Shown here piece after piece: positions 62,411-64,000 of a stretch of DNA of 64,000 nucleotides. The notes under the pieces are model-generated. The model did not search any database. It was not told where the DNA came from and saw nothing but the letters and a program-made list of their open reading frames with translations. The stretch's first letter is position 1. Every line of letters begins with the position of its first letter. This stretch comes from Catajapyx aquilonaris. Its lineage: Eukaryota. The DNA lies in the NCBI GenBank assembly GCA_000934665.2, contig KZ538349.1, forward strand, positions 1-64,000, given 5' to 3'. The translations under genes were made by a program, and so were the position numbers.

Positions 62411-63039
62411 TATATTCAAAAATAAACGGAATAATAGTAGTCTGAAACCATTGCCTTGGCGCATGGTGTCCCGCATCGTGTGAGGCAAAATGCCAGCTTT
62501 CATTAATTGGGCTAATTACAAGCTGGGAAAAAATGAAGGGCCCTATATGTCAAGCATGCTGAAAGAAAGTCACGTGGAGGTCTGTCATTTTTTCAGCACG
62601 TTTATAGAGCGAAGCAACTTGACATCGTCTATTAATTTTGTAGCTCTTTTGCTGATGCAACGGGAACCATTGCCAACCTAAGGACCAGCAAAGTTTTCAC
62701 ACATTCATGCAGGAATATATAGAGCCTATTGAAGAGTATCTGCCGATATTTTGGCTATATGGTACGTACGAGAAAAAGCGTTGGTTAGAGTTCCTGGATG
62801 CTGCAAATGACGAGCCATAACGTTACAGGCAAGGAGGAAGTGGGCAGAAAATGATTCTCGCTGTAATGCGATTAGGCATGCTTGCTGTTTACTTCCGCAC
62901 ATGACCCGGTTGCTCCGTAGACAATACGGCCGATCAGGTTTCGTACGAGGGGATAACATGATGGTCATTACACTCTAGTTGCATTCTAATTTACTTTCCC
63001 GCCGGGCCACGGAATGCCAAGGAGATAGCACCGCGATGT

Positions 63040-63041
<2 letters not shown>

Positions 63042-63091
<50 letters not shown>

Positions 63092-63115
63092 CCCCCTTCC
63101 TTCCTTCCTTCCTTC
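63042..63115. repeat. (TC)n plus (TTCC)n microsatellite
   Basis: Direct reading. Confidence 0.95.
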
Positions 63116-64000
63116 CCTACCCATCACCCACCCACCTCTATACATACCAACTGACTCCATCTCCAGCGGCACCTTCCAATCAGAGAGAGCACCGGCTGGT
63201 ATCACCAACAACATCCTTACAACCGGGAAATATCGATCCGTACTCACGTATTATCTCAATGCATTTATGATAACAATTATAATGCATTCCGCCATATTCA
63301 TCTCGCTAGCCTCGCACATTACTTCCACGGATTTTTTTTGTCTCTCCATATGCATAATCTGCTAAACAAGCAGCCTCGTTTGTCGCACGATAGGTGTATC
63401 ATAGCACGGCACACTTGACGCATGTGATCAATGCGTGACAAAAAAAGAGGTGTCACTTCAGAGGCAGGGTCACTTGATGACTATATGGCCACACTGAAGT
63501 AGGTTACATTTGAAATGTGACCTCCAGCCAACTCTCAGTTCAAAAACCTGCTAACAGTGTGAAATTATGTTATGGAAATGATATTTGACAGTCCCATGCA
63601 GACAGAGGAACTCGGCCGTAGGGCATAGGCGTTAGATAGCCGAAAATTCCAAGTAGCGATAGTTGCTACTGTTTTCTAGGTCGGTGCCAAAACCAGCAGC
63701 ATCAGATGGAGCCCGCAATTTGCGGACCCTTTCTCAATTATGTGGTCAATTTCACACCACTGCTTTTGACACAAACTAAAAAAAAATTAAAAACCTAAGC
63801 AGCGATACAAATTTCAACTTTTTGGCCAATTCATTCATTGATTGGGCCCTGATTGGGGTCCTCATGCACCAGCAAGTTACATCAGCTGTTGGAATAATTT
63901 CTGTAGATCGCCCGATATGATGAAAATTACAATACAAAACACATTTGGATTCATTTTGGGGCACTGATTTCAAAGTAGAGGCCTTTAGCAGTCATTGCGA

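Overview
Eukaryotic, transposon-dense, apparently non-genic DNA (intergenic or a large intron). I found no credible host exon, RNA gene or CRISPR array. One SINE carries a central block resembling the Lm1/Talub-type SINEs of Polyneoptera, so the host is probably a hemimetabolous insect (inference). The window holds about 18 tRNA-derived SINE copies from five head families (my labels A-E), most with readable target-site duplications (TSDs). It also holds more than 25 non-autonomous TIR elements or fold-backs (Tc1/mariner-, hAT-, Sola-, Transib/CMC-, Spy- and piggyBac-like), often nested 3-4 deep, plus decayed LINE, mariner and Sola coding remnants and microsatellites. Most notable: (1) a structure-conserved, sequence-divergent pseudoknot-like RNA module ending in GACATTGCAC, shared by three SINE families; (2) a 3' stem-loop tail shared across five SINE heads, with extensive tail swapping; (3) a Transib-like MITE whose two ends both read as near-canonical 23-RSS; (4) a TSD-less Spy-type insertion at AAA|TTT whose empty site is visible inside the window. 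All family assignments come from manual reading and recalled consensus features, not database searches.
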